Below, one piece after another: positions 54,601 through 62,500 of a stretch of 64,000 nt of DNA. A program made the position numbers and the translations under genes. Source of the stretch: Antedon mediterranea (lineage: Eukaryota; Animalia; Echinodermata); NCBI RefSeq assembly GCF_964355755.1, contig NC_092674.1:18662001-18726000 (forward strand), read 5' to 3'. Below the pieces are notes generated by a model. That model searched no databases, was not told the origin of the DNA, and saw only the letters and a program-made list of their open reading frames with translations. Within the stretch, counting starts at the first letter, position 1; every line of letters starts with the position of its first letter.

Positions 54601-55771
54601 TATTTACATTAAGACTCTCTACACAGCAAGACTTGCAGATGCTAAAAATAGTGCTGTTCTAGTGAGAGTTAGGTATGGGCCTACACTAATACTGCTACTT
54701 AATAATTTAAACCTAACATTATATTAATTATGATGATACTATACTCACATCACACTGGTATATTATAAGTACTAACCATTGTAGTGTTAAAACTGTTTGG
54801 AATTTAGTTGATTTAGAAGATGAAATTGAATTCAGGGAAGATGATGGTATATCACCCATTGCACCGGTGGTGGCCTCGAATCCTGTGGTAGTAGTATTCC
54901 ACATTGCAGTAGACGTATTCCACATCTCAGTGTTTCCCATTCTAGTAGTTGTATCTCCCATTCCAGCTGAGTCCAACATGCCAATCATACCTGTTCCCAT
55001 TCCAAATGCAGAATTCCACATTCCAGTAGTACAATTCCAAGAATCTGCCTTAGTGGTTTTCATTCCACTACCAGTTTCCCACATTTCAACGGCAGTGTTC
55101 TCAGGTTCTGGTGTAAATTCTCCAATTGTAAAGGGCTCTCCTTTTCCAGCTGTTGCGGCTCTTGTATCATTGTCTGTGGTTCTCATTGTACTTGGAGATA
55201 TGACTTCTTTTATTACATTTCTTTCTTCTTTCATTTTAGTGGAAGTCTTCATTGTAGCTGAATTATTAGCATTTTCAGCAACAGGATGACAAATTTGAGA
55301 AACAGTTGTTCCTACATCTGTGGAGAAAGACATGATACATGTACTGTACTGTATGTGCATGTCCATTAAAAACATTAACCCAGTAAAGTAGTTTTATCCA
55401 TTGAGATTATATTATTATACTGTGGTGTACTTCTGAGTCAAACTGAAAAGGTTTAACACATTATATAGTAGTTTCAGATGTTGGTCATTCCACATCCAAA
55501 AAAGGAAAACTGTTTATTACATTCTGCCCATATTCACACAATATGTTGCGCATGGCCCAACTTACCTACCTGTGTGCATTTGTACTTGTGGTATGCCAAC
55601 ATAAGGATAATGTTGTGAAACAGCAATAGGCTTGCCTAGAAAAATATCACTATCTTTCATCTGTGGTACAATTTGTTGAATATGGCCTTGTTGTGACTGA
55701 TTCTGAGAAGGGAAAACAGGATACATTTGGGGTTGTTGTCCATATCCATAATTGACTTGATTTGGCCACAT
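27572..55771 (-). CDS. RFX8: Multi-exon gene: RFX family winged-helix transcription factor, RFX4/6/8 group (RFX8-like), ~916 aa
   Basis: complement(join(27572..27619,27731..28311,28440..28562,30011..30116,30224..30318,38995..39145,42642..42700,44990..45090,45234..45397,47614..47691,52853..52972,53118..53375,54219..54342,54777..55317,55570..55771)); 2751 nt with consistent phases. DBD: [63 protein letters not shown]/dimerisation motifs: [41 protein letters not shown] family is secure. The RFX8 label is tentative, and the start could lie in an upstream exon because the frame is open to the acceptor at 55796. Confidence 0.85.
27731..28311 (-). CDS. RFX exon 14 (Ser/Thr-rich C-terminal region)
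   Basis: Long open frame, AACAG acceptor, phase 1. Confidence 0.8.
28440..28562 (-). CDS. RFX exon 13 ([15 protein letters not shown]...)
   Basis: End of the RFX dimerisation domain; phase 1-1. Confidence 0.85.
28853..29200 (+). mobile_element. tRNA-derived SINE with Nin/Deu-like domain (second subfamily)
   Basis: A-box TGGCCGAGCGG, B-box-like GGTTCAAGGCT, and the same core as 1705-2062, but a different 3' part. The 3' end is approximate. Confidence 0.75.
30011..30116 (-). CDS. RFX exon 12 (TSETEEK...[12 protein letters not shown])
   Basis: TTTCAG acceptor, G|GTATGT donor, conserved TLRSAxSFG motif. Confidence 0.9.
30224..30318 (-). CDS. RFX exon 11 ([20 protein letters not shown]...VDK)
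   Basis: Dimerisation-domain homology; ends at probable GC donor AAG|GCAAGT. Confidence 0.8.
30770..31075 (+). mobile_element. 3' end of a LINE (Rex1/Babar- or L2-like)
   Basis: Translates as [30 protein letters not shown], followed by a T-rich 3' UTR and AATAAA. Confidence 0.55.
31358..34419 (+). mobile_element. Decayed CR1/L2-group LINE: 5' UTR, ORF1 and APE-endonuclease half of ORF2
   Basis: ORF1-type motifs GIIVKF, IYENLT and IWTQD. APE motifs [30 protein letters not shown] and ITDYFPIF; later [15 protein letters not shown]. Many stops and frameshifts, with small insertions near 32900-33045 and 34090-34360. Confidence 0.85.
34420..34777. mobile_element. Solo LTR-like element
   Basis: TGTTAC...GTAACA termini, 358 bp, internal AATAAA. 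It truncates the LINE at VVPI; no TSD is visible. Confidence 0.5.
36225..36640. repeat. Dispersed repeat (TE end), with an inverted copy at ~53668-53972
   Basis: Shared CATGTACTTTACTATTTCAATCGAC...GAGAACCATCTGTGGACACGACC. Confidence 0.65.
36881..37320. repeat. 33-bp minisatellite with a 22-bp palindrome per unit, ~13 copies
   Basis: Unit TAGTGTAGCATTCACCCACTAGCATTCGAATGC; CACTAGCATTCGAATGCTAGTG is self-complementary. Confidence 0.9.
37500..37985 (+). mobile_element. L2-clade LINE 3' fragment
   Basis: Motifs [23 protein letters not shown] and FKKVLKTYLF; tail AAAGGCGCTATACAAAT. Confidence 0.75.
38995..39145 (-). CDS. RFX exon 10 (ATRSILDN...KLST)
   Basis: CTTAG acceptor, T|GTAAGA donor; MQADW motif. 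Confidence 0.85.
41429..41938. mobile_element. Non-autonomous Academ-type MITE
   Basis: TAGACCGGCAGCCCAGAGACATTTG / CAAATGTCTCTGGGCTGCCTGTCTA termini, ~100-bp TIRs, 3-bp TSD ACA (41426-41428, 41939-41941). Confidence 0.8.
42642..42700 (-). CDS. RFX exon 9 ([19 protein letters not shown])
   Basis: TTTACAG acceptor, CAG|GTAAGA donor; RFX SLxHxAQ motif. Confidence 0.9.
44990..45090 (-). CDS. RFX exon 8 ([10 protein letters not shown]...AKNQ)
   Basis: Phase 2-1; RFX domain C motif. Confidence 0.9.
45234..45397 (-). CDS. RFX exon 7 ([10 protein letters not shown]...EVPQ)
   Basis: FWQ and CDILLYK motifs; phase 0-2. Confidence 0.9.
45740..47180 (-). mobile_element. Cluster of decayed HINE-like elements, one containing a tRNA-like segment (45877-45947, +)
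   Basis: AACTAG plus hairpin-like end at ~45738-45770 and ATAACCTCCTGCGGAAGAGGTAATAA end at ~47156-47180. A duplicated GATCGCCGGCTTTT..CTTTTAACACTAG block. A-box TGGTGTAATGG and B-box GGTTCAATTCC followed by a T-run. Confidence 0.45.
47287..47529. mobile_element. TTAA-flanked MITE with ~55-bp perfect TIRs
   Basis: GTAAATTTTCTTTTGGATGATCCAAAGTCGAATAAAATTCGTAAACTTACG and its exact reverse complement; TTAA on both sides. Confidence 0.75.
47614..47691 (-). CDS. RFX exon 6 ([26 protein letters not shown])
   Basis: RFX domain B; TTCTTTAG acceptor, GAG|GTAAGA donor. Confidence 0.9.
47836..52595. repeat. 18-bp satellite (AC[T/G]GTTGTAATAGTTAAT), ~264 copies, intronic
   Basis: Uninterrupted 4.76-kb array that is essentially dimorphic at one position. 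Confidence 0.98.
52853..52972 (-). CDS. RFX exon 5 (DLAAVDR...LLPQFP...IHQ)
   Basis: LLPxFP motif preceding domain B; phase 0-0. Confidence 0.85.
53118..53375 (-). CDS. RFX exon 4 (second half of DBD: [23 protein letters not shown])
   Basis: Clear RFX DBD wing; phase 0-0. Confidence 0.92.
53436..54140. mobile_element. TAG..CTA-ended MITE with nested repeat, inside the DBD-splitting intron
   Basis: TAGTCTAGGCACAAAAATCTGAAAA / TTTCAGATTTTTGTCCTAGTCTA plus inverted GGAGTGGAATGTTAGAGGCTG blocks; TSD not evident. Confidence 0.55.
54219..54342 (-). CDS. RFX exon 3 (first half of DBD: [10 protein letters not shown]...PATFGK)
   Basis: RFX DBD with intron positions typical of the family (within W, after FGK). 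Confidence 0.92.
54777..55317 (-). CDS. RFX exon 2 (Thr/Met-rich N-terminal region to TLQW)
   Basis: CTCCACAG acceptor in phase 1, open frame, TG|GTTAGT donor. Confidence 0.85.
55570..55771 (-). CDS. RFX coding exon 1 ([15 protein letters not shown]...), Gln/Pro-rich
   Basis: Acceptor at 55796-55797, first ATG at 55771, phase-1 donor G|GTAGGT. Confidence 0.75.
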
Positions 55772-56052
55772 TGTATCCTCCAATGCAAAATTACACTATT
55801 GAAAGAAAATAGAAAAATGTTTATAAATACAAGAAACTAATACAAAATTTTAGCAACCATGTAGAGAATTTTTGGTTTGGGTTTTCTCTGCTAGGCCTAC
55901 GGGGGCCTAGGGTGTAAATTATGACAGTTGGTGGCTTCAGGTTTGCTTCAATAGAGTCTAAATTTGCAATATTTCACTTGGCTCTGCCGTATTGAATAGA
56001 ACAGAACTATCTTTATTAAATTTATTTCCTAGTGACTAGGATTGGACAAATG

Positions 56053-56838
56053 TTTTTAGTCGCGTGGAAGCGACTCTATAGTTCACTAAGTCGGTCAGTC
56101 GGTCTGTCTGTCTGTCTGTCGGTCTGTCTGTCTGTCTGTCGGTCCGGTATCACTATGCGTTTTATCGCTTTATGACCTTATCTTGATATCAGTTTAATCT
56201 AGCTAAGTAAATTTTTCACAGAATATTCCTTATGGCCAGGAATCGATGTGGTTATGTTTTCACGGTGCGCAATAAAAAATTACGCGGTCTACGCACGATT
56301 TAACGAAATCACGTTTGTAATCATATCTTAACAACCATGAATCACAATTAAATAAAATTTGGTACTCATAAATTTCAGGGCATAAATCATCATATGGCAA
56401 TACAATTACGTGCGTAGCGCATGTAACGCATGCGTACGCGCGCTTAAAATTTTCAAAATTTATTTTCGATGAAATAAGAGTACGTTTCAGGCAATTTTAA
56501 GCGTTTACAAAATTGCCATGAGTGCGCAGATTTTTGCGCGCGCACTGCGCGTTAAATGTTATTGCGCACACTTTTTGCCCGATTTCTGTTTTCTTGAATT
56601 ACTTTTCAACTCGAAATTACGTTATACGAGCATGTCAAATGTGACAGGCTACGCACGTGTAAATTAAAAAAATATAAATGTTTTTAAACATTTCAACATT
56701 TTTAAACATGTTCAGTAATTTCGGTCAGTATAGTTCACTATGTCGGTCGGTCCGTCTGTCTGTCGGTCTGTTTGTCTGTCGGTCCGGTATCACTATGCAT
56801 TGTAGCACGCGACTTAATGGCTGTTGGCCTTGTTTTTT
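56053..56838 (+). mobile_element. DINE-1-like HINE (Helentron non-autonomous)
   Basis: 5' TTTTT-AGTCGCGTG subTIR, (GTCT/GTCG)n microsatellite block present twice, and 3' CACGCGACT plus short hairpin plus TTGTTTT. Confidence 0.75.
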
Positions 56839-56942
56839 ATAAAATAAATATTGTTATTATTATTTAGGCCTGTGTTGAAAATTGAATGTTCTTTATGGAA
56901 AACCTGAAGCGCTGTGCCATATATTTAATATTTTTTTTTAAT

Positions 56943-58571
56943 TATTTAAATGGCAGCCAACAAAAAGTTACTATTGAGGGTTGCTGAATGTCTGGTTGCT
57001 GAATGTCTTGATGTGTTGTCTGGAGACCCTCAGGGTTCTATTTCTGGTCTACTAATCTATTGAGGGTTGTTCATCTGAATGGCTTGATGTATAGTCTGAA
57101 GACCCTTAGGGTTCTATTTCTGGTCTACTAATCTATTGAGGGTTGTTCATCTGAATGGCTTGATGTATAGTCTGGAGACCCTTAGGGTTCTATTTCTGGT
57201 CTACTATTGAGGGTTGTTCATCTGAATGGCTTGATGTATAGTCTGGAGACCCTTAGGGTTCTATTTCTGGTCTACTATTGAGGGTTGTTCATCTGAATGT
57301 CTTGATGTATAGTCTGGAGACCCTTAGGGTTCTATTTCTGGTCTACTATTGAGGGTTGTTCATCTGAATGTCTTGATGTATTGTCTGAAGACCCTTAGGG
57401 TTCTATTTCTGGTCTACTACTATTGAGGGTTGTTCATCTGAATGGCTTGATGTATAGTCTGGAGACCCTTAGGGTTCTATTTCTGGTCTACTATTGAGGG
57501 TTGTTCATCTGAATGGCTTGATGTATAGTCTGGAGACCCTTAGGGTTCTATTTCTGGTCTACTACTATTGAGGGTTGTTCATCTGAATGGCTTGATGTGT
57601 TGTCTGGAGACCCTCAGGGTTCTATTTCTGGTCTACTAATCTATTGAGGGTTGTTCATCTGAATGGCTTGATGTATAGTCTGCAGAGACCCTTAGGGTTC
57701 TATTTCTGGTCTACTACTATTGAGGGTTGTTCATCTGAATGGCTTGATGTATTGTCTGGAGACCCTCAGGGTTCTATTTCTGGTCTACTATTGAGGGTTG
57801 CTGAATGTCTTGATGTGTTGTCTGGAGACCCTCAGGGTTCTATTTCTGGTCTACTATTGAGGGTTGCTGAATGTCTTGATGTATTGTCTGGAGACCCTAG
57901 GGGTTCTATTTCTGGTCTACTACTATTGAGGGTTGTTCATCTGAATGGCTTGATGTATAGTCTGGAGACCCTTAGGGTTCTATTTCTGGTCTACTATTGA
58001 GGGTTGTTCATCTGAATGGCTTGATGTATAGTCTGGAGACCCTTAGGGTTCTATTTCTGGTCTACTACTATTGAGGGTTGTTCATCTGAATGGCTTGATG
58101 TATTGTCTGGAGACCCTCAGGGTTCTATTTCTGGTCTACTATTGAGGGTTGCTGAATGTCTTGATGTGTTGTCTGGAGACCCTCAGGGTTCTATTTCTGG
58201 TCTACTATTGAGGGTTGTTCATCTGAATGTCTTGATGTATAGTCTGGAGACCCTTAGGGTTCTATTTCTGGTCTACTATTGAGGGTTGTTCATCTGAATG
58301 TCTTGATGTATTGTCTGAAGACCCTTAGGGTTCTATTTCTGGTCTACTATTGAGGGTTGTTCATCTGAATGTCTTGATGTATTGTCTGGAGACTCTCAGG
58401 GTTCTATTTCTGGTCTAATATTGAGGGTTGTTCATCTGAATGGCTTTGGTCTCACAAGCAGTTTATATAATGGTAGAAACATATATAATATATAAAAGTT
58501 TCCTTAGTGCATTCAATCACCGAGGTAGCTTTTTCTGCAGCTTTATTAACATGGACTGTTGATTTCAGGTT
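56943..58571. mobile_element. CR1-like LINE RT relic with internal inversion and amplified segment
   Basis: On +, YLNGSQQKVTIEG..SEWLDVLSGDPQGS. On - (58446-58571), HVNKAAEKA..FLPLYKLLVRPK, typical of the region after the RT core. Confidence 0.7.
56970..58445 (+). repeat. ~71-bp minisatellite (65-78-bp variants, ~20 copies) derived from LINE RT coding sequence
   Basis: Unit TATTGAGGGTTGTTCATCTGAATGGCTTGATGTATAGTCTGGAGACCCTTAGGGTTCTATTTCTGGTCTAC; best variants translate as IEGCSSEWLDVLSGDPQGSISGLL. Confidence 0.92.
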
Positions 58572-58785
58572 TGTATTTTTGTATTTTGTATTATTATTTG
58601 TCCTCAGTGAGGAAATTCGGATTAGGCCCTCCACGGACCCACGGCAGCCAGCAGTGCAGCGCCTACCAGATTAGGCAATGAGAGTAAAGCATCTTGCCTA
58701 AGGATGCAATTAGTATGGTACAGATAACCTCGAACCCATGCCTATCACATGCTAGTCCGATATTACCATTACACCATCACTCTCC
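58572..58785 (-). mobile_element. tRNA-headed SINE body with CORE-like domain and LINE-like tail
   Basis: Minus strand has A-box TGGTGTAATGG, B-box GGTTCGAGG, CORE-like TCCTTAGGCAAGATGCTTTACTCTCATTGC and tail GAATTTCCTCACTGAGGACAAATAATAA. Confidence 0.65.
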
Positions 58786-58789
58786 AGTA

Positions 58790-58908
58790 TATACAGCACC
58801 CGCCACGATTTCTAGACGGTCTCCCATCCAGAACGCAACCGGGCCCAACGTTGCTTAACTTCGGTGATCTGACGAGAACCGGTGTTTCAACGCAGTATGG
58901 CCGTAGGT
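58790..58908 (-). pseudogene. 5S rRNA-derived sequence (pseudogene or SINE head)
   Basis: Minus strand CCTACGGCCATACTGCGTTGAAACACCGGTTCTCGTCAGATCACCGAAGTTAAGCAACG..GGATGGGAGACCG..GGGTGCTGTA matches metazoan 5S over ~119 nt, with 3'-half substitutions and no T-run terminator. Confidence 0.85.
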
Positions 58909-58909
58909 T

Positions 58910-59199
58910 GCAGTCGGCCGTATTTTGAAAATAAGGAGATAATGTATGTTGATCTCGGGAGTGGGGGAGGATGGACTGTTTTTGAGTTCAAACAAATTTG
59001 TTTATTCGTACTTTTCTATTATTTTGCTATGAGGTGCTGATCGGAAAAGTTGGGGGTGGGTTACTATTTTCAGGTGCCTAATTTAAGATTAGTAATAGTA
59101 ACCCACTACTCTAATAGTAACCCCCCTCCTAAATAGTAACCCACTCAAAAAAAACAATTAAAGAATAATAACCCAGGGTTTCAATTAGAAGATTTACGG
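58910..59199. mobile_element. Truncated inverted copy of the 14378-14836 MITE
   Basis: Shared CCGTATTTTGAAAATAAGGAGATAATG and terminal ATTAGAAGATTTACGG-TA. Confidence 0.7.
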
Positions 59200-60372
59200 T
59201 ATATAAGCATTGAGCACTGTCAAAAAACGATGGTGATGAAAAACATGAGCAGTGTGTTATTTTTGTTTTTTACCCTCGGTTGGTGACGATTGCCATCTCT
59301 GCAAGATGGCTTTAGTAGCCATTGTAGTGGATTATAAAATAAATTATAGCTAGGTCTAGCCTAACCTACTTTCTTGTTGGTATGAGGGGTCCGTTAACAA
59401 GACTGACAATAAATACTGTGTAGACATTGTTATATTAAAAAGATAACTGTAAATGATAATATTATTTGAATTTGGGGGTGATAATAAAACAAACTGGCTG
59501 CATCTATGCCTAGATACAATCTCACGACTATATCTACACCTATGGCTTTTGACCAAAGGCCTATAGTACTAGGGATAACGATGTAAAATTAAAAGTTAAT
59601 ATTTAAAAAAAATTATACATTGCCTGTTAGTATTTTGTATCAATATTATAATAAAAAAAAGAATTATGAAAATCTGACTTGTACAGTAGTTTTCAAAATA
59701 TAGGGTTTCAAACATTGCCAAAAATGATTGTTTTTAGCCACACAAACGACGTAAACAAGTTGCGCCCTACGCCATTTTTCAAGAATAAAATTATGGTTTT
59801 TAGTAATATACAGTATTTTATCATCATTTTAAAATTCAATAAAATATGATAGGCCTACTACTTGTTTAGAGTGTTTATTTAACCTCATTCGAAGAATTTC
59901 AATACATTAGTCCTGAGAGATGTGACTTCACGGCACACGTCACAAGAAAATTCTTCCGCTTTGTGTTAATTCGCGTCAACCAATCAAAGGGTGAGAATCC
60001 AAAATCATTCAACCCTGCGAAGCGGTCGAAGGTTTGATTGGCTTACGATGACATCATACCACAAAATGGTGTTTTTGTAGTTGAGCCCATTGGAATTTTC
60101 CAAAAATTATTTAAAAAACGGATATTATTCATGTTATATATGAAATATATTCAAATTATAAAGGCCTCATATCAGGATAAACTGTTTTTTTAGCACTTAT
60201 TATTAATTAATATTTCTTAGTAACAAGCATATGGTATGTGGAACTATATTATCCTGGTGTAGGAATAAAAAACATTTTGAGGTCATAAGAGGCTCAACTA
60301 CAAAAATAAGTTTGAAAATGGTATAAGAACGACTTGAATATATTGAATAAATTCATCTGGTTCCAAATAATA

Positions 60373-61000
60373 TTTTTGTGGATTTTTACTTTAATGTTAA
60401 ACCAAGACAACGAAAAGGAATAAAATTACCTTCGTGACGTTTCGCTGACAATCTGTCAGCTGCTTCAGACTAATGCCTGGGTTGGAATGGTCTGGTTTTT
60501 TGTAAGTGACGCTGAACAGCGCCACCAGCCGTCTGGTTGGTATTGACGGTAGAGCGTCTCCGCTAATAGAAATTCTTCGTCCAAGGTTTTACATAAGTCA
60601 GCCATAACTGACCACGCTATAGGGAATGACCATATTCCAAATTGGAATGCGAGAGTTATTGAAAAAGAAGCACAGACAGACAAAAGAAAGATAAAAGAAT
60701 CTATCTGCATAAGAAAAAGACCACATAATATCAACAGAGACATTGGTGGGTATGACCTCCCACATACATATGATAGTTTGCTGGAAAAAGTTGAAGCAGG
60801 AGGGGGCCAGCGGAGACGCTCTACCGTCAATACCAACCAGACGGCTGGTGGCGCTGTTCAGCGTCACTTACAAAAAACCAGACCATTCCAACCCAGGCAT
60901 TAGTCTGAAGCAGCTGACAGATTGTCAGCGAAACGTCACGAAGGTAATTTTATTCCTTTTCGTTGTCTTGGTTTAACATAAAAGTAAAAATCCACAAAAA
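60373..61000 (+). mobile_element. Penelope-like retroelement fragment with inverted pLTRs
   Basis: 192-bp near-perfect inverted arms (60373-60564 and 60809-61000) flank HKSAITDHAIGNDHIPNWNARVIEKE..RKIKESICI..INRDIGGYDLPHTYDSLL, the C-terminus of a PLE GIY-YIG endonuclease. Confidence 0.85.
60896..60945 (+). ncRNA. Minimal type I hammerhead ribozyme-like motif in pLTR (mirror copy on - at ~60428-60477)
   Basis: CTGAAGCA, stem II GCTGACA-GAT-TGTCAGC, then GAAACGTC. The core differs from CUGANGA at A9 and stem I is weak. Confidence 0.55.
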
Positions 61001-61002
61001 AA

Positions 61003-61272
61003 GACTTGAATATAGTTTTTTCCCATGGACAGTGAAACATTGGAATGAATTACCACCGGGATTACCACACAACATTGGACTTATTGAATCTGCACAACAA
61101 TCTGTTAAAATGTCTCAATTTAAAAGTGGACTTAAAAAACACTTCGGATAATGGACAATGAAATCACCACAACCCACAATCAACCCAGTCATATCAACAA
61201 CTAAAGGTCAGGTCATAAACTCTAGTGTGATGCAGTTTTCCTGCTTTATTGCAGTAAAATGATCCAAATCCA
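61003..61272 (+). mobile_element. LINE 3' end fragment (CR1/L2 group)
   Basis: Translates as YSFFPWTVKHWNELP...FKSGL. Confidence 0.6.
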
Positions 61273-61539
61273 GGTTATTGAGCCGTTCGAGGGTTTCGTA
61301 AACAACAGCTATACACGCTAACCTAGACGATAATGATCTTTTTCTAAACCACATTATTCACATTTTTGGTTGAGTGAAATAAATATTTACTCAAAAGAAT
61401 ATTTTCATAATTAATTGATTTTCAGAATAATGATCTAAAAAAAATGTTTACCAATGTAGAAAAACACAGCGCCAATGGATGACATTAAAACATTATTGCG
61501 TGCATAGTAATGCTCTCGGTATCCCTACTACTAGGATAC

Positions 61540-62110
61540 TACTAAGCCCAGTTTTAGTAGTAGGCCCTAGCTAGCTAGGCCACTCTGCTGGGCTCTTGTC
61601 TTGTAGTAAGCTATATAGCCTAGGCCTATAGGCCTATCCTAGTTCGGATAGCCTAGCTAGGCCTAGGTAGTATAAATTATAAGTAGACAAGAAGGAAGGG
61701 CCTACCTATATTAATAATGCTACCTACTCTACTAGCCTAGCCTACTACTAGTACTACTGTAGGCCTTATTTTTAGGCTAGAGAGAGAGCTAATTTTTTTA
61801 GTGCCTATATGTCTATATGACGGGTTTCGCCTAGGCTAGGCCTAAAGGCCTTTTACTTTAGCTACTAACAAGGTCTAGCCTGAGTAGTAGAGGGCCTAAC
61901 TAACTAGGGCCTAGGCTAGGCCTACCTAGGCCTAGGCTAGGCCTATGCCTAGCCTATACTAGCTACTACTAGGCTAGGCCTAGGCTAGGCCTAACCTAGC
62001 CTAGCCTGGCCCGTGTCTAGGCTAGGCCTAGGCCTACGTATAGCCTAGCTTAGGGCCTACACTCGGTTCAGTAGGCTTACCTACCACCTAGGCCTACTAG
62101 GCCAATGTTG
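61540..62110. repeat. TAGGCCTA/GCTAGC palindrome-rich low-complexity tract
   Basis: Dense irregular CTAGGCCTAG words. Confidence 0.8.
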
Positions 62111-62210
62111 TTGGCTATGCCTACTTCTAATTTTTTATTCTTGTTTTTAGACAGAGTCGGCCAAGATCGAGGTGGTGAGGCTTTGAAACAGAAAAGGCGC
62201 CACTCTTGTA
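62081..62210 (-). other. Possible non-coding first exon of the RFX gene
   Basis: Strong minus-strand donor TAG|GTAAGC at 62080, upstream of the RFX acceptor at 55796. The 5' boundary is unknown. Confidence 0.3.
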
Positions 62211-62356
62211 GTTGTACTATTATTATAGGCCAACTACGCGATAACTTTGTTAGAAAGTTTATGGCGCCCTCTATTTTTGTTAACTCTGAAAACTTTATTG
62301 AGCATGTGTTGTGCTACAACTTAATTGTATATGTTTGTTTCTATCTTATATAAATT

Positions 62357-62500
62357 AATCAATCAATCAATCAGATTTATATAGCGCCAGTATCCATAAT
62401 AATGTTCAAAGGCGCTTGACAAAGTTAAGCAGGAAATGCCTCTGTGTAAAAATGGGTTTTTAATCGATGTTTTCAGATGTCTTTATGTCGATTGACATTC
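62357..62500 (-). mobile_element. L2-type LINE 3' tail
   Basis: Minus strand AAGCGCCTTTGAAC..GGCGCTATATAAAT followed by (TGAT)n. Confidence 0.55.

Noticed and set aside
54867-55289. 140-aa + strand ORF (also 28107-28358)
   Set aside because: These are antisense shadows of RFX coding exons.
58790-58908. Functional 5S rRNA gene
   Set aside because: It is solitary, has substitutions in the 3' half and lacks an oligo-T terminator.
59276-59298. Upstream ATG exon for RFX (ATG GCA ATC GTC ACC AAC CGA GG|GTAAAA)
   Set aside because: Its phase-2 donor does not match the phase-0 open frame at the 55796 acceptor.
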